64,000 nucleotides of DNA from an uncultured Candidatus Saccharibacteria bacterium (GTDB lineage Bacteria > Patescibacteriota > Minisyncoccia > Phycocordibacterales > UBA12088). The notes under the pieces were generated by a model, which did not search any database, was not told the origin of the DNA, and saw nothing but the letters and a program-made list of their open reading frames with translations. This document shows, in pieces, positions 49,287 through 59,422 of the stretch. Each line of letters begins with the position of its first letter. The stretch's first letter is position 1. The position numbers and the translations under genes are program-made. The stretch is taken from contig CAYPBQ010000002.1 of NCBI GenBank assembly GCA_964409035.1, positions 11,192-75,191 of the forward strand, written 5' to 3'.

Positions 49287-51453
49287 ATACTTCACCCATC
49301 TAATGCTACACCATCCGCTACAACACCATCTGCGACTCGACACCGCTCATATAAAAGCTCTCGAAAGGCTCGGTATAAAAACGGTGCACGACCTACTCAC
49401 CTTTTTGCCTACTCGGTATGAAGATATTTCACTTATTAAAAAAGTAGTATCACTGAGAAAAGGTGATGAAGCGGTGGTCTATGGCAAAGTGACAGGACTA
49501 ACAACTAAAAAATCTTTTAAACGAGGACTTCCGATATCTGAAGGAGTTATTGATGATGGCTCTGCAAAGATGAAGATACGCTGGTTCCACCAACCATATA
49601 TTGCAAAAATGATTCCTGAAGGATCGTTAGTAAAACTTAGCGGAGTAGTAAGCGGCGATGAAGACAAGCTATACCTTGCTAACCCAGAGATAGAACGCAC
49701 TGATGATCTTCCTATAGACTCACATGATTCACTTTTTGATAATGCAGATGGAACGCTATACGCCGTGTATCGAGAAACAAAAGGTGTCACGTCAAAATGG
49801 TTTCGACACGCGATAAAAAAACTTCTCACCAATGAATTACTGCAATCACTTGTAGACCCTATCCCAGAGGATATACTCGCACGCTACCATCTTCCATCTT
49901 TTGCCACCGCTCTCGTCTGGGCGCACATGCCAAAAACTGAGAAAGACACCATCTCGGCACGGAAGCGTTTTTCATTTGAAGAAATTTTGTCCATACAACT
50001 TGCGCGGGCAAAAGATAGACACGACCTATCATTAACTCCCTCCTTTGGAATACAAACCACACCGCAAGATGTCGATCTATTTATGCGAGAACGGTTCAGC
50101 TTTGCGCCAACCAATGCGCAAACACATGCAGTGAAGACTATACTCAGCGATCTTTCGGGCGCACACCCCATGGCAAGGCTATTAGAGGGAGATGTTGGGA
50201 GCGGCAAAACCGCTGTTGCTGCAGCAACCATGTACGCAGTTGTTGCAACTGCCCCAAAGGATAACCGTTACAGCACACTCCAGTGTGCATACATGGCCCC
50301 CACCGAGCTTCTTGCTCGACAACAGTTTGATGCTCTCACACAGCTATTTAATCATTTACCTATTTCTATCGGACTTATCACCTCTCATGATTGTAGAAAA
50401 TTTCCATCTAAGGTAGATGGTGCGAGCGCCACAAAGGTTTCAAAAAATCAGCTAATGATGTGGGTAAAGAAGGGTGATGTTGCAATAGTGGTGGGGACAC
50501 ATGCGCTACTTCAAAAGAGTGTAGAGTTTAAAAATTTAGCGTATGTCATTATTGATGAGCAGCATCGCTTTGGTACCGCACAGCGACAAAAGCTCATTCG
50601 CAAAGACCACGTCGCTCCTCATCTTCTTTCAATGAGCGCGACCCCTATCCCCCGTACACTCGCGCTTACCATGTACGGCGACCTTGATATTAGCGTGCTC
50701 GATGAAATGCCAAAAGGAAGAAAGCCCGTAATTACAGAAGTGGTTGCGCCAAAAGATAGAAACGAAGTGTACCAAAAAATTATTGCCGAGCTTTCGCGTG
50801 GTAAACAGGCATATGTAATATGCCCACGCATAGATGAACCTGATCCCACCAAGGAATCAGTGCTTCTTGCAAAATCAGTGATAGCAGAAGCACAACACCT
50901 ACAAAAGACAGTGTTCAAAAACTATACTGTCGCATGGGTACACAGCAAACTAACACCTAAAGAAAAGGAAGATGTTATGGAACGATTTGCCGCGCACAAG
51001 GTAGATGTGTTGGTTGCAACTAGCGTGGTTGAGGTGGGGGTAAATGTACCAAACGCTACGAGTATTATTATTGAAGGCGCAGAACGTTATGGTCTTGCCC
51101 AACTTCATCAATTACGAGGAAGAGTAATCAGATCAAGCGAGCAAGCGTATTGTTACCTCTTTTCTGAATCATCAAGTAAAAAATCCAAAGAAAGATTGCG
51201 GGCACTCTCTGAAGCTAAAAATGGTTTCGCTCTCGCTGAGGCAGACCTCGCCCTACGCGGAGCAGGAGAGCTTATTGGTATCAAACAATCAGGCCTCACC
51301 GACAGGGGCATGGATGCCCTCAAAAACCTAAAAATGGTTGAGGCGGCACGAGATGAAGCTCGAAGACTTGTAGAAGAAGACCCCACATTAAAAAGTATTC
51401 CTCTTTTAAAAGAAAGGAGCGACGAGCTCATTCGCAGGCTCCATTTTGAGTAG
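49282..51453 (+). CDS. recG: ATP-dependent DNA helicase RecG (true start probably a few codons inside the ORF)
   Basis: Wedge/OB N-terminus. GDVGSGKTAVA Walker A, DEQH box (VIIDEQHRFG), helicase C motifs. Confidence 0.9.
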   Translation: MLYFTHLMLHHPLQHHLRLDTAHIKALERLGIKTVHDLLTFLPTRYEDISLIKKVVSLRKGDEAVVYGKVTGLTTKKSFKRGLPISEGVIDDGSAKMKIRWFHQPYIAKMIPEGSLVKLSGVVSGDEDKLYLANPEIERTDDLPIDSHDSLFDNADGTLYAVYRETKGVTSKWFRHAIKKLLTNELLQSLVDPIPEDILARYHLPSFATALVWAHMPKTEKDTISARKRFSFEEILSIQLARAKDRHDLSLTPSFGIQTTPQDVDLFMRERFSFAPTNAQTHAVKTILSDLSGAHPMARLLEGDVGSGKTAVAAATMYAVVATAPKDNRYSTLQCAYMAPTELLARQQFDALTQLFNHLPISIGLITSHDCRKFPSKVDGASATKVSKNQLMMWVKKGDVAIVVGTHALLQKSVEFKNLAYVIIDEQHRFGTAQRQKLIRKDHVAPHLLSMSATPIPRTLALTMYGDLDISVLDEMPKGRKPVITEVVAPKDRNEVYQKIIAELSRGKQAYVICPRIDEPDPTKESVLLAKSVIAEAQHLQKTVFKNYTVAWVHSKLTPKEKEDVMERFAAHKVDVLVATSVVEVGVNVPNATSIIIEGAERYGLAQLHQLRGRVIRSSEQAYCYLFSESSSKKSKERLRALSEAKNGFALAEADLALRGAGELIGIKQSGLTDRGMDALKNLKMVEAARDEARRLVEEDPTLKSIPLLKERSDELIRRLHFE

Positions 51454-51518
51454 TTGACACATAGCAATTTATTGTGGTATAATATATTTAGCTGTTCCCC
51501 AACCCTTAGGAGACTCTG

Positions 51519-52067
51519 ATGAGCAAGCTGTTCTCTTTTCTTTTATCCGCAGTGATTCTGTGTGGGGTGTTTGGATTGGAGTGGAAAAAAGCTAAGATAG
51601 ATGGAATTGCCTATGCAGTATATTCTCAAAGCGATTCCTTGCGTAAAAATTTTGAAGAAATTGTTTTATGCGCAGAGGATATCAGATCAGGAAAAACTGA
51701 CTGCCAGAAAAGTTTTCAACAAATATTTGCTGGTAGAGACGCGGCTATTAGAGATTCTTGGCCGGGTACATTTGACATCCTAGAGACCAGCCCACACTGG
51801 GCATGGGTACGAAGAGGTGACTACGACAGATTCAATGCGGCAATAGCTGCATATGGGCGCGACAGATTAAGAAACAAATGTATCCCCATCATAACGTATA
51901 TGTATACGGAAGGGAGAACAACCTTCAATTTTGATCACCGTTACCGCTGTAACGATGATCCTCCTAGGCCACCTTCGGGTGGCCTTTCTTTTATATTAAC
52001 TACAACTAGCTGTGCGCCCGCTTGGACTCGAACCAAGGACCCCAAAGGTATAAGCTTTGTGCTCTAA
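51519..52067 (+). CDS. Hypothetical secreted protein (3' end doubtful)
   Basis: Signal-peptide-like N-terminus. The ORF tail reads through a hairpin terminator (51967-51986) and into the tRNA. Confidence 0.35.
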   Translation: MSKLFSFLLSAVILCGVFGLEWKKAKIDGIAYAVYSQSDSLRKNFEEIVLCAEDIRSGKTDCQKSFQQIFAGRDAAIRDSWPGTFDILETSPHWAWVRRGDYDRFNAAIAAYGRDRLRNKCIPIITYMYTEGRTTFNFDHRYRCNDDPPRPPSGGLSFILTTTSCAPAWTRTKDPKGISFVL

Positions 52068-52086
52068 CCAACTGAGCTACGGGCGC
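52013..52086 (-). tRNA. tRNA-Ile (anticodon UAU)
   Basis: Acceptor GCGCCCG/CGGGCGC, perfect anticodon stem CAAAG/CTTTG, loop CTTATAC, T-loop TTCGAGT. Confidence 0.65.
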
Positions 52087-52111
52087 AAACTACTGCCATA
52101 GAGCATAGCAC

Positions 52112-53452
52112 ATGAATACAAGCTGTACAGCATATGGATTGACAATAAGCCATTTTTTGTGCTATAATATTCCTCGAGTAGAACCGTACCACCAAATGGT
52201 GGTACCACAGGAGGTCTTTGACATGACGAGACTGGTAATCCGTCTTTTTTCACTTTTAACTCTCTTGCTTTTTGGAGGGTGCGCTGGCGCCCTCTCCCCC
52301 GAACAGCTTCAGGCGCGCAATGCGCGCTTGGAGCAAGCCTTTACAGAGATAAATCCCGATTCGGGAACTACCTACTTAGCTGGAAGCAGCCAGAGTTTTC
52401 AGGCAAACCATGCCCTTATTGAAGGGCGATCCATCTGCGGCGATCCCAGGTACACACAAGAAGCGTGCACCAAAGCCATGGCAAAGGGAATCAAGTTGGC
52501 GGAACAGGCGGATTCAAGAAGGATAAAAGGGGAGGCAAGTACTATTGCGAAAATAGAGGATAGGCATTTAGCTATATTACTGAATCGCATGCCTCCCCTC
52601 ATGGGCAAGTTGGTAGATCGGGAGTTACTCCCCAATGGAACCAGAACTGCAGTGTACGAATCCCCAGGAGGGAGATTCACCCTTCAAGGAGAGGACCTAC
52701 CTGATGTCCTCCTTCCGGAGGACATGCCTAAGGAATACGGGGATGCATCTCTCAAGGCAGTGGGGAGGTTGATTGGACAAATGCGGGATTATCCCGCGGT
52801 GGCAGGCCTCACCCCCGAGGAGGCGGTGAATCTCTATGCAGCAAGAAGACTTGACGGAGAGAAGTCCGCGTCACGGCAGGTCGCCGAGACGCCTCGTAGG
52901 GGTACAGAACCCCTCTATCTAGAGCTTGATCCAAGTAGGATCAGGAGAGGTGGCAATGACTACGAGCTAGATGGTGGTTCCTACACCATCGAGGATGGGG
53001 AGAATAGGATATGTCTCCCCGTCCGTGGCCAGGTGGGCGAAGGTGCATGTCTCATCGCAGTCCGCAGGGACCGCAACGTGCAGTTGTGTGACACCAATAG
53101 GATCAACTGCACACAGCAGTTGACGTTACCTGTGGGGAACGTGAGGAGGATAAGCCCCCTCTCGCGGAACATGCGGCTCCCCACGTCACTTGGGGACACG
53201 GAGCCCGTCTCCGTGACCATTGCTGGGGAAGAACTCCCCGGAAGCTTCCGCTACAATCTTCCAGGCACAGAAATCGGCAGAACATCAAGGCCGGTTCCGA
53301 TTCAAGATCGGCGATTGGGGCGGTGCGTCCCTACGGGCTCACTTCAGGGTGGAAGTAATTTTCCACTCTACACATGTGAGAATGCGCCAAATGCAATGTT
53401 TACGTACAACGGGTCAGAGATGACCCGCGTGCGCGAACAGAGAAGAAGATGA
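52112..53452 (+). CDS. GC-rich hypothetical lipoprotein (likely start near 52226 at MTRLVIRLF..LLFGGC)
   Basis: Signal peptide with a Cys (LLFGGC). Visibly higher G+C and Arg/Gly/Pro-rich composition than its neighbours. No family recognised. Confidence 0.5.
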   Translation: MNTSCTAYGLTISHFLCYNIPRVEPYHQMVVPQEVFDMTRLVIRLFSLLTLLLFGGCAGALSPEQLQARNARLEQAFTEINPDSGTTYLAGSSQSFQANHALIEGRSICGDPRYTQEACTKAMAKGIKLAEQADSRRIKGEASTIAKIEDRHLAILLNRMPPLMGKLVDRELLPNGTRTAVYESPGGRFTLQGEDLPDVLLPEDMPKEYGDASLKAVGRLIGQMRDYPAVAGLTPEEAVNLYAARRLDGEKSASRQVAETPRRGTEPLYLELDPSRIRRGGNDYELDGGSYTIEDGENRICLPVRGQVGEGACLIAVRRDRNVQLCDTNRINCTQQLTLPVGNVRRISPLSRNMRLPTSLGDTEPVSVTIAGEELPGSFRYNLPGTEIGRTSRPVPIQDRRLGRCVPTGSLQGGSNFPLYTCENAPNAMFTYNGSEMTRVREQRRR

Positions 53453-53478
53453 AACTGAGCTAAAGGGCGAAAGCCCAA

Positions 53479-53514
53479 GGGGCGCAGGACAAATGTCCTG
53501 CGCCCCTATTTTTT
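53479..53514. terminator. Bidirectional intrinsic terminator between convergent genes
   Basis: ggggcgcaggac-aaat-gtcctgcgcccc followed by tattttttg. Confidence 0.65.
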
Positions 53515-53548
53515 GTACGGTATAGTCTTTTGCCCACCTGCTCTTTTC

Positions 53549-55501
53549 CTAATTAGCTATCGTTACCACTTCATCAATAATAGTTTCCTTTTTCTTTGGC
53601 GTGATGCCGTTTTCTTTCAGAAGCGCTTCAAATTCTTCTCTCTCAAGAGTCTCCACTTCAATAAGCCTTTTAGCTATCGCATCAAGTACCGGCCTATGCT
53701 TGTGTATCACTTCTTTTGCTCTCTCCATTGCCCCATTTACCAAACTTGATACTTCTTCATCAATACGCGCGCTCACCTTTTCTGAATACTCCTTTTCATA
53801 CATGGTCTTTCCATAGAGTGGTTGACCATTATCACTCTCAAGCGCTACAGGGCCAAGCGAGTCGCTCATTCCCCAACGAGTTACCATATTGCGTGCCAAG
53901 CTAGAGACGTGCTGAATATCAGATGATGGGCCGGTGGTTAGGTCACCAAAGACCTCACGCTCAGTTACATACCCTCCTAGCGCCATTGCCATATCATCAA
54001 GAAACTCTTTCTTTGAATGCATCTTTTTATCTTCAAGTGGGAGCTTCAGTACATACCCTGCAGCACGCCCTCTCGAGATAATTGAAATTTTATGTACCGG
54101 ATCAGCATGTACGAGTACGCTTGCAACAAGTGCATGCCCTGCCTCATGGTACGCGGTAATTTCTTTTTCCTTCTTTGAAAGAATATGGCTCTTGCGCTCT
54201 GGCCCAAGCATCACCTTTTCAATAGAGCGAATAAGATCATACTGTGTCACCTCTTTTCTATTCTCTCGTGCGGTAAGGATTGCCGCTTCGTTCATAAGCG
54301 AGTACAGCTCCGCGCCAGAAAATCCTGGGGTTCGCTCTGCGATTACTTTTAGATTTGTATCCGCGTGAAGTGGTTTTTTCTTTGCGTGTACAAGTAGTAT
54401 TTGCTCACGATCTTTTCTATCAGGAAGATCAATAGTGACCCGCCTATCAAATCTTCCAGGTCGAAGTAGTGCTGGATCAAGTACATCGGGCCGGTTAGTT
54501 GCTGCCATCACTATCACTTTTTCATTTGGCTCAAAACCGTCCATCTCAACAAGTATTTGGTTTAGTGTTTGCTCTCTCTCGTCATTACCTCCCCCCACGC
54601 CAGTACCACGCACCCGCCCTACTGCATCAATCTCATCAACAAAGATAATTGCAGGCGCGCTCTTTTTTGCCATGTCAAAAAGATCACGCACTCGACTTGC
54701 ACCAACACCCACAAACATCTCAACAAACTCCGATCCCGATATAGAGAAAAATGGCACGCCCGCCTCACCAGCTACTGCTCTTGCAAGGAGCGTCTTTCCA
54801 GTACCTGGAGCTCCCATGAGGATGATACCCTTTGGAATACGCGCACCAATTTCAAGAAATTTTTTCGGATTTTTAAGGAAGTCTACAATCTCCATAAGCT
54901 CTTCCTTTGCCTCTTTTGCCCCCGCTACATCAGCAAAGGTTACTCGCTGATTGCTATCATTTGGGTCTATCATGCGCGCTTTGCTCTGCCCAAAGGAAAA
55001 TGCCTGCATCCCTGCCCCTCGGACTTGTCGCGCAAAAAACCACACCAAGAAAAGGATGACGCCAACAAGAAAGAGTGATGGAGCGAGGGTAAGGAACCAA
55101 AACTTAAAGCCCGACTCACTTTTAATATCAACCGCAACTGTAGCAAGCGCCTCAGCGGTTACCCCGTAGTTTTTTAGCGTGTCGGTAAGGGCGGTATTTA
55201 CCTCCTTTTTAGAGGTGAGTGACTTTTCAGCGGTATCGGTAATAAAAAGCTCATCACCACGTACTTCAATGCTTGCTATTTCTCCGCCAGATATTTTAGA
55301 GGCTAGTTCAGAAAGAGAGATTTCTTCCGACTTTGTACCCTGCTCGCTAAGATATGTAAAAATACTTACCGTGAGAAATAATGCCAAAATTACTGACACC
55401 ACATTAAGCCAAAACTGATTCCCCGATCCCATCCCTGAGAGTGGAGAATTATCCTTTTTTTGTGTTGGGAGCTTTTTGCCTCCTCGTTGTTTTTCGCTCA
55501 T
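53549..55501 (-). CDS. ftsH: ATP-dependent zinc metalloprotease FtsH
   Basis: Two N-terminal TMs. AAA Walker [12 protein letters not shown] region, HEAGHAL zinc-binding motif. Confidence 0.95.
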   Translation of the reverse strand: MSEKQRGGKKLPTQKKDNSPLSGMGSGNQFWLNVVSVILALFLTVSIFTYLSEQGTKSEEISLSELASKISGGEIASIEVRGDELFITDTAEKSLTSKKEVNTALTDTLKNYGVTAEALATVAVDIKSESGFKFWFLTLAPSLFLVGVILFLVWFFARQVRGAGMQAFSFGQSKARMIDPNDSNQRVTFADVAGAKEAKEELMEIVDFLKNPKKFLEIGARIPKGIILMGAPGTGKTLLARAVAGEAGVPFFSISGSEFVEMFVGVGASRVRDLFDMAKKSAPAIIFVDEIDAVGRVRGTGVGGGNDEREQTLNQILVEMDGFEPNEKVIVMAATNRPDVLDPALLRPGRFDRRVTIDLPDRKDREQILLVHAKKKPLHADTNLKVIAERTPGFSGAELYSLMNEAAILTARENRKEVTQYDLIRSIEKVMLGPERKSHILSKKEKEITAYHEAGHALVASVLVHADPVHKISIISRGRAAGYVLKLPLEDKKMHSKKEFLDDMAMALGGYVTEREVFGDLTTGPSSDIQHVSSLARNMVTRWGMSDSLGPVALESDNGQPLYGKTMYEKEYSEKVSARIDEEVSSLVNGAMERAKEVIHKHRPVLDAIAKRLIEVETLEREEFEALLKENGITPKKKETIIDEVVTIAN

Positions 55502-55613
55502 ATAGGGCTTACTCTATCACAAACTCTCGTAGTTGCGAGTAATATATACTCGTTGAAAGGAGAGTGTATCTGTGGTATGGTACCTGATGTAGCTATTTCT
55601 AATTGTATACGTT

Positions 55614-56216
55614 TTGAAACAAGAAGATCGAGTTCGCATTAATGAAAACATCCGAGCCAGTGAGCTTAGAGTGATTGCCGCCGATGGCGGTAATATTGGC
55701 GTTATCACCCTCAGTGAAGCGCTAGCTAAAGCAAAAGAGGCTAGGCTTGATCTTATCGAGATATCTCCCCTTGCCGTACCACCTGTAGCCAGAATCATGG
55801 ACTACGGAAAGTTTCAGTATGAACAAAAGAAGAAGGCTAAAGAGATAAAACAACGATCGGTAGTCACCGAGACAAAGAACATGCAGGTAAAGATAGGTAC
55901 CGGCGACCACGATAAAGAATTGAAAGCAAGTCGAGTAGATGAGTGGCTAAAAGAAGGTCACCGTATCAAAATTGATCTCTTCCTTTTTGGTAGATATAAG
56001 TACATGGACGAAAAGTTCCTCAAAGAGCGATTAAATCAGTTTATGACGGTAATTAAAGAACCGTATAAAATTGCTGAAGAAATGAAGAAGAGCCCAAAGG
56101 GCTACAGTCTGACTATTGAGAGAGATAAGAGTGGCAAGCGAAAGGTTGTCGAAGGGCAAGAAACAGCAGAAAATAGCCCTCTAAAAGAACCTGTTCCAGA
56201 CGGTGGACAAATATAA
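55614..56216 (+). CDS. infC: Translation initiation factor IF-3 (non-AUG start codon)
   Basis: RINENIRASELRVIAADGGNIGV and LDLIEISPLAVPPVARIMDYGKF motifs. The first codon reads TTG, not ATG. Confidence 0.9.
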   Translation: MKQEDRVRINENIRASELRVIAADGGNIGVITLSEALAKAKEARLDLIEISPLAVPPVARIMDYGKFQYEQKKKAKEIKQRSVVTETKNMQVKIGTGDHDKELKASRVDEWLKEGHRIKIDLFLFGRYKYMDEKFLKERLNQFMTVIKEPYKIAEEMKKSPKGYSLTIERDKSGKRKVVEGQETAENSPLKEPVPDGGQI

Positions 56217-56305
56217 AAAATCGGGTATAGTGGGTAAGCTATTTTTGCTTATCTGTAGGGTAGATACAAACGCATACGACAGGCAGTAGCGGTGTCAAAA
56301 ACACT

Positions 56306-56509
56306 ATGAAGTCAAACAAATCATTCAGCAAAAGAATAAAGGTAACCCGAACAGGAAAGCTAATCACAAGGAAGATTGGCCAGGGTCACAATAACTCCAA
56401 AGAATCTACCAGAGAAAAGCTTGCAAAAGGCCGAACTCAGCAGATTCAAATGACCGCAAAATCAAGAGCTCGGTTCCTTCCGGGTCTTCCAGGTAAATCA
56501 AGTAAATAA
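56306..56509 (+). CDS. rpmI: 50S ribosomal protein L35
   Basis: 67-aa basic protein (KSNKSFSKRIKVTRTGK). Lies between infC and rplT. Confidence 0.8.
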   Translation: MKSNKSFSKRIKVTRTGKLITRKIGQGHNNSKESTREKLAKGRTQQIQMTAKSRARFLPGLPGKSSK

Positions 56510-56514
56510 TCAGT

Positions 56515-56856
56515 ATGTCACGAGTAAAAAGAGGAACAACTAAACTAAAGAGCCGACGCTATACCCTAGCAAAGATGAAAGGTGGCAGATTTGGTATTGG
56601 TTCAAAAGAGCGAGCTACACAGGAGGCTATCTTTCATGCTGCAGAACACTCATTTAGCCACCGAAAGGACAAAAAGGGTGACTTTAGACGTCTTTGGACA
56701 GTTCGCCTTAATGCAGCGCTTCGCCCTCTCAACTTTTCATACAGTGTTTTTATTAAGAAGCTAAAGACAAAAGAGATTGGACTTAACCGAAAGGTACTAT
56801 CTGAGATTGCCGTGGAATCTCCTGAGAGCTTCAAGCGAATTGTTTCTTCACTCTAA
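56515..56856 (+). CDS. rplT: 50S ribosomal protein L20
   Basis: MSRVKRGTT...RRLWTVRLNAA. Classic L20. Confidence 0.9.
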   Translation: MSRVKRGTTKLKSRRYTLAKMKGGRFGIGSKERATQEAIFHAAEHSFSHRKDKKGDFRRLWTVRLNAALRPLNFSYSVFIKKLKTKEIGLNRKVLSEIAVESPESFKRIVSSL

Positions 56857-56876
56857 AAGGCGTATTTAATTACCAC

Positions 56877-56907
56877 AAAAAAACGCACCATTAGGTGCGT
56901 TTTTTTG
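56877..56907. terminator. Bidirectional intrinsic terminator
   Basis: aaaaaaacgcacc-atta-ggtgcgttttttt. Confidence 0.65.
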
Positions 56908-57277
56908 TGAGTAGCCACGCAATACATCCACCGAGGAGCCCCACACATATGTCGAGTATAGTATCAAACACAAAACCCGGCTCAACCGCATTTGATATAC
57001 CTCCATATAGCTCAAACATCTCCCAAAACCCAGCAACCACCGCAACAGCGCAAATAGTAAGCAACCACTCTCGGGACTTGGTAACAAATGTACCATCAAC
57101 CACATACCTCAATAGCCACATAGTAGATAATCCGATAAAAAATCCCCCAAGAAAGTGAACAACAATATCAAACCACCAATACAGCCAATACCAGTAGTAC
57201 AAAAAAGCACTGTGATGGAGTACCGCGATAACAAGCGACACACCAAAGAGAGTCATTATGTGAACCATTCTACTCAT
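56891..57277 (-). CDS. Trp/Tyr-rich small membrane protein, hypothetical
   Basis: Four TM helices. No family recognised. The 5' proximal hairpin overlaps its 3' end. Confidence 0.35.
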   Translation of the reverse strand: MSRMVHIMTLFGVSLVIAVLHHSAFLYYWYWLYWWFDIVVHFLGGFFIGLSTMWLLRYVVDGTFVTKSREWLLTICAVAVVAGFWEMFELYGGISNAVEPGFVFDTILDICVGLLGGCIAWLLTKKRT

Positions 57278-57491
57278 GGGTGCATAGTATCACACGCAAA
57301 AGCCACTCAAAAGAGTGGCATCTACGTATCGCCAAACATATGTTGCCTTGGAAAAACAAGGTGGGCGATCGCAAACAAGAAGCAAACCTCTTGAAGATAT
57401 AGACCAGCCCTAGGATATAACCAAGAAGGACAATATGTCTGGCGACAAGAGTAGTATATCACGATGCGCCCCCATTCAATTTTATCGAAAA

Positions 57492-58097
57492 CTATTCGAG
57501 AATACCGTCAAGGTTTACGTCGTACAGTATCTTTTCCCACACCGTTTTATAGTTCATGATGTCGTTCTCTGAGAACCATACTTGGATTTCTCGCTCTGCC
57601 TCTTCAGGACTTTCAGAGCAGTGTATAAGGTTTCGTACTGCTGAGTTGCGGTAGGTTGCGTGTGAGTATGAGTCTACAGTAAGGTCCCCTCGTATTGTTC
57701 CAATATCTGCAGTTTTTGGCTCAGTGGTACCAACATGCTTAACCACTACCCCTACTGCTTGATTTCCTTCTACTACTGCTGCAAGCACTGGACCTGCCGT
57801 CATGAACTTTACATTACCCTCCATGATATCTCTTCCGTACTCAATAGCTGGCTTATCAACCACCACACCGCGAGCGGTAAGTTGCTCAACAACCCCCTGC
57901 CCCTTGCGTTCACACCACGCGTCATCTTTGTTGTAGTGAGCAAGCACTTGTTCTCGTGTAGGAACAAAAAACTTAAATGCAGTAAACTTTAGTCCTGTTC
58001 GTTCAATGCGTGAAAGCACCTCTCCCACTAGCCCACGTTGAATGGTGTCTGGCTTGAGAATAATAAGTGTTCGCTCCTTTTCAAATTGTCTATTCAT
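57492..58097 (-). CDS. ndk: Nucleoside diphosphate kinase (long form)
   Basis: ERTLIILKPD N-terminus, NxxH active-site region (NLIHCSES). Confidence 0.75.
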   Translation of the reverse strand: MNRQFEKERTLIILKPDTIQRGLVGEVLSRIERTGLKFTAFKFFVPTREQVLAHYNKDDAWCERKGQGVVEQLTARGVVVDKPAIEYGRDIMEGNVKFMTAGPVLAAVVEGNQAVGVVVKHVGTTEPKTADIGTIRGDLTVDSYSHATYRNSAVRNLIHCSESPEEAEREIQVWFSENDIMNYKTVWEKILYDVNLDGILE

Positions 58098-58197
58098 GTA
58101 TGTACTTACTAATTAATTGAACGCACTATAGCTAAAAACAGCGGTAGTGTAAACCATGTTGGGTATAAAAAGTCATGTCTCATGTTGAGACCCGATT

Positions 58198-58629
58198 CTA
58201 TTGGTTAAAATAATAAATAATGAAGATGCCTATAAATATAATAGCACCTCCCATAATCGTTGAGGGTGAAATGCTCTGCTTGTATAAAATATAACTAAAT
58301 ATGGCAATAAATATTGGGTAGGAAATTTCAACTAGCCCAGCTAACGTGGCATTTTTCTCCGCTATTGAAAAGCCAATAAATAATTCTGCTATTAGCAAAA
58401 AAGTGGTGCCCGCTAAAAAGTACCACATGAGAGTCTTTGATGAGCTAAGCTCAAGTAGATCAGGTTTAAACGCACCGATGGTAATTGCAATCAAAAGACT
58501 AATTATACCGACAAAAATTGCCGTCAACCCAAGTGTGGTGAAAACAGACATTTTCTTATACATCTGCTCACTGGTGATGTATGACAAGCCCCAAAATAAT
58601 GACCCAAACAATGCGTATACGATCCACAT
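58198..58629 (-). CDS. EamA-like small membrane transporter (DMT superfamily half)
   Basis: Four TM helices with an EamA-like pattern. Confidence 0.4.
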   Translation of the reverse strand: MWIVYALFGSLFWGLSYITSEQMYKKMSVFTTLGLTAIFVGIISLLIAITIGAFKPDLLELSSSKTLMWYFLAGTTFLLIAELFIGFSIAEKNATLAGLVEISYPIFIAIFSYILYKQSISPSTIMGGAIIFIGIFIIYYFNQ

Positions 58630-58648
58630 ATCTATAGTATAAATCAGT

Positions 58649-59422
58649 TTATTCTATGGTAAGAATGATAGGTCCAGTTTCTGTAATAGCGATTGTGTGC
58701 TCGTACTGCGCGCTTCGTGAGCCATCTTTTGTGCGCACGGTATATCCATCTCTATCTACTACAAACCTATTAGAGCCCTCAATAACAATTGGCTCGATCG
58801 CAAGCACCATATTTGGCACAAGACGCGCGCCCTTACCAAATCCTGTCACGTTAGGAATATGAGGGTCCTCGTGCACCTTGTACCCTACCCCGTGCCCACC
58901 ATACTCCTCTGCCAATGAAAAACCGGTACCAATGACTGAATCTTCAATTGCGCTACTAATGTCACTTACATAATTATTAGGCAATGCTGCAGCTATCGCC
59001 CTTTCAAGTGCTCGCTTAGTTACCTTAATAAGCGCTGCCGCCTTTTCATCAATATGTCCTACTCCTACGGTTATAGTTGCGTCTACCACTAAACCCTTTC
59101 GTACCAATCCCATATCCAATGAAACTATATCCCCATCTTGTAGTGTTTGAGGCTTCTCATTAGGAATACCGTGGACCACCACATCATTTATCGAAATGCA
59201 GGCACTTGCAGGGAACGGGCGCGGAGCACCCTGTGGTTTATAGTGCAAAAATGCTGGAGTATCTCCCTCTGCGCGTATAAGCGCTTCAGCGAGGTCATTT
59301 AACTCACTTGTACTCACTCCCGCAACCGCTGCTCTCCCTACCTCGTTAATAACTGTAGCAAGGCGCTTACCTGCGCTTTTAAGTATCTCAATATCTTCAG
59401 GTTTCTTAAGAGAAATTGCCAT
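58649..59422 (-). CDS. map: Methionine aminopeptidase type I
   Basis: Pita-bread-fold metal ligands (D..D..H..E..E pattern; VVHGIP, DIVSLDMG). Confidence 0.9.
   Translation of the reverse strand: MAISLKKPEDIEILKSAGKRLATVINEVGRAAVAGVSTSELNDLAEALIRAEGDTPAFLHYKPQGAPRPFPASACISINDVVVHGIPNEKPQTLQDGDIVSLDMGLVRKGLVVDATITVGVGHIDEKAAALIKVTKRALERAIAAALPNNYVSDISSAIEDSVIGTGFSLAEEYGGHGVGYKVHEDPHIPNVTGFGKGARLVPNMVLAIEPIVIEGSNRFVVDRDGYTVRTKDGSRSAQYEHTIAITETGPIILTIE

Noticed and set aside
49479-50231. Minus-strand ORFs inside recG (49479-49832, 49884-50231)
   Set aside because: They are antisense to the RecG helicase domain and are spurious.
51519-52067. C-terminal 30 codons of ORF 51519-52067
   Set aside because: The reading frame runs through a hairpin terminator and into the tRNA-Ile gene on the other strand. 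The gene may be real but its annotated 3' end is doubtful, so I kept it at low confidence and did not dismiss it outright.
53934-55169. Plus-strand ORFs antisense to ftsH (53934-54368, 54435-54950, 54569-55078)
   Set aside because: They sit opposite a well-supported FtsH gene and have Ser/Pro/Arg-rich translations.
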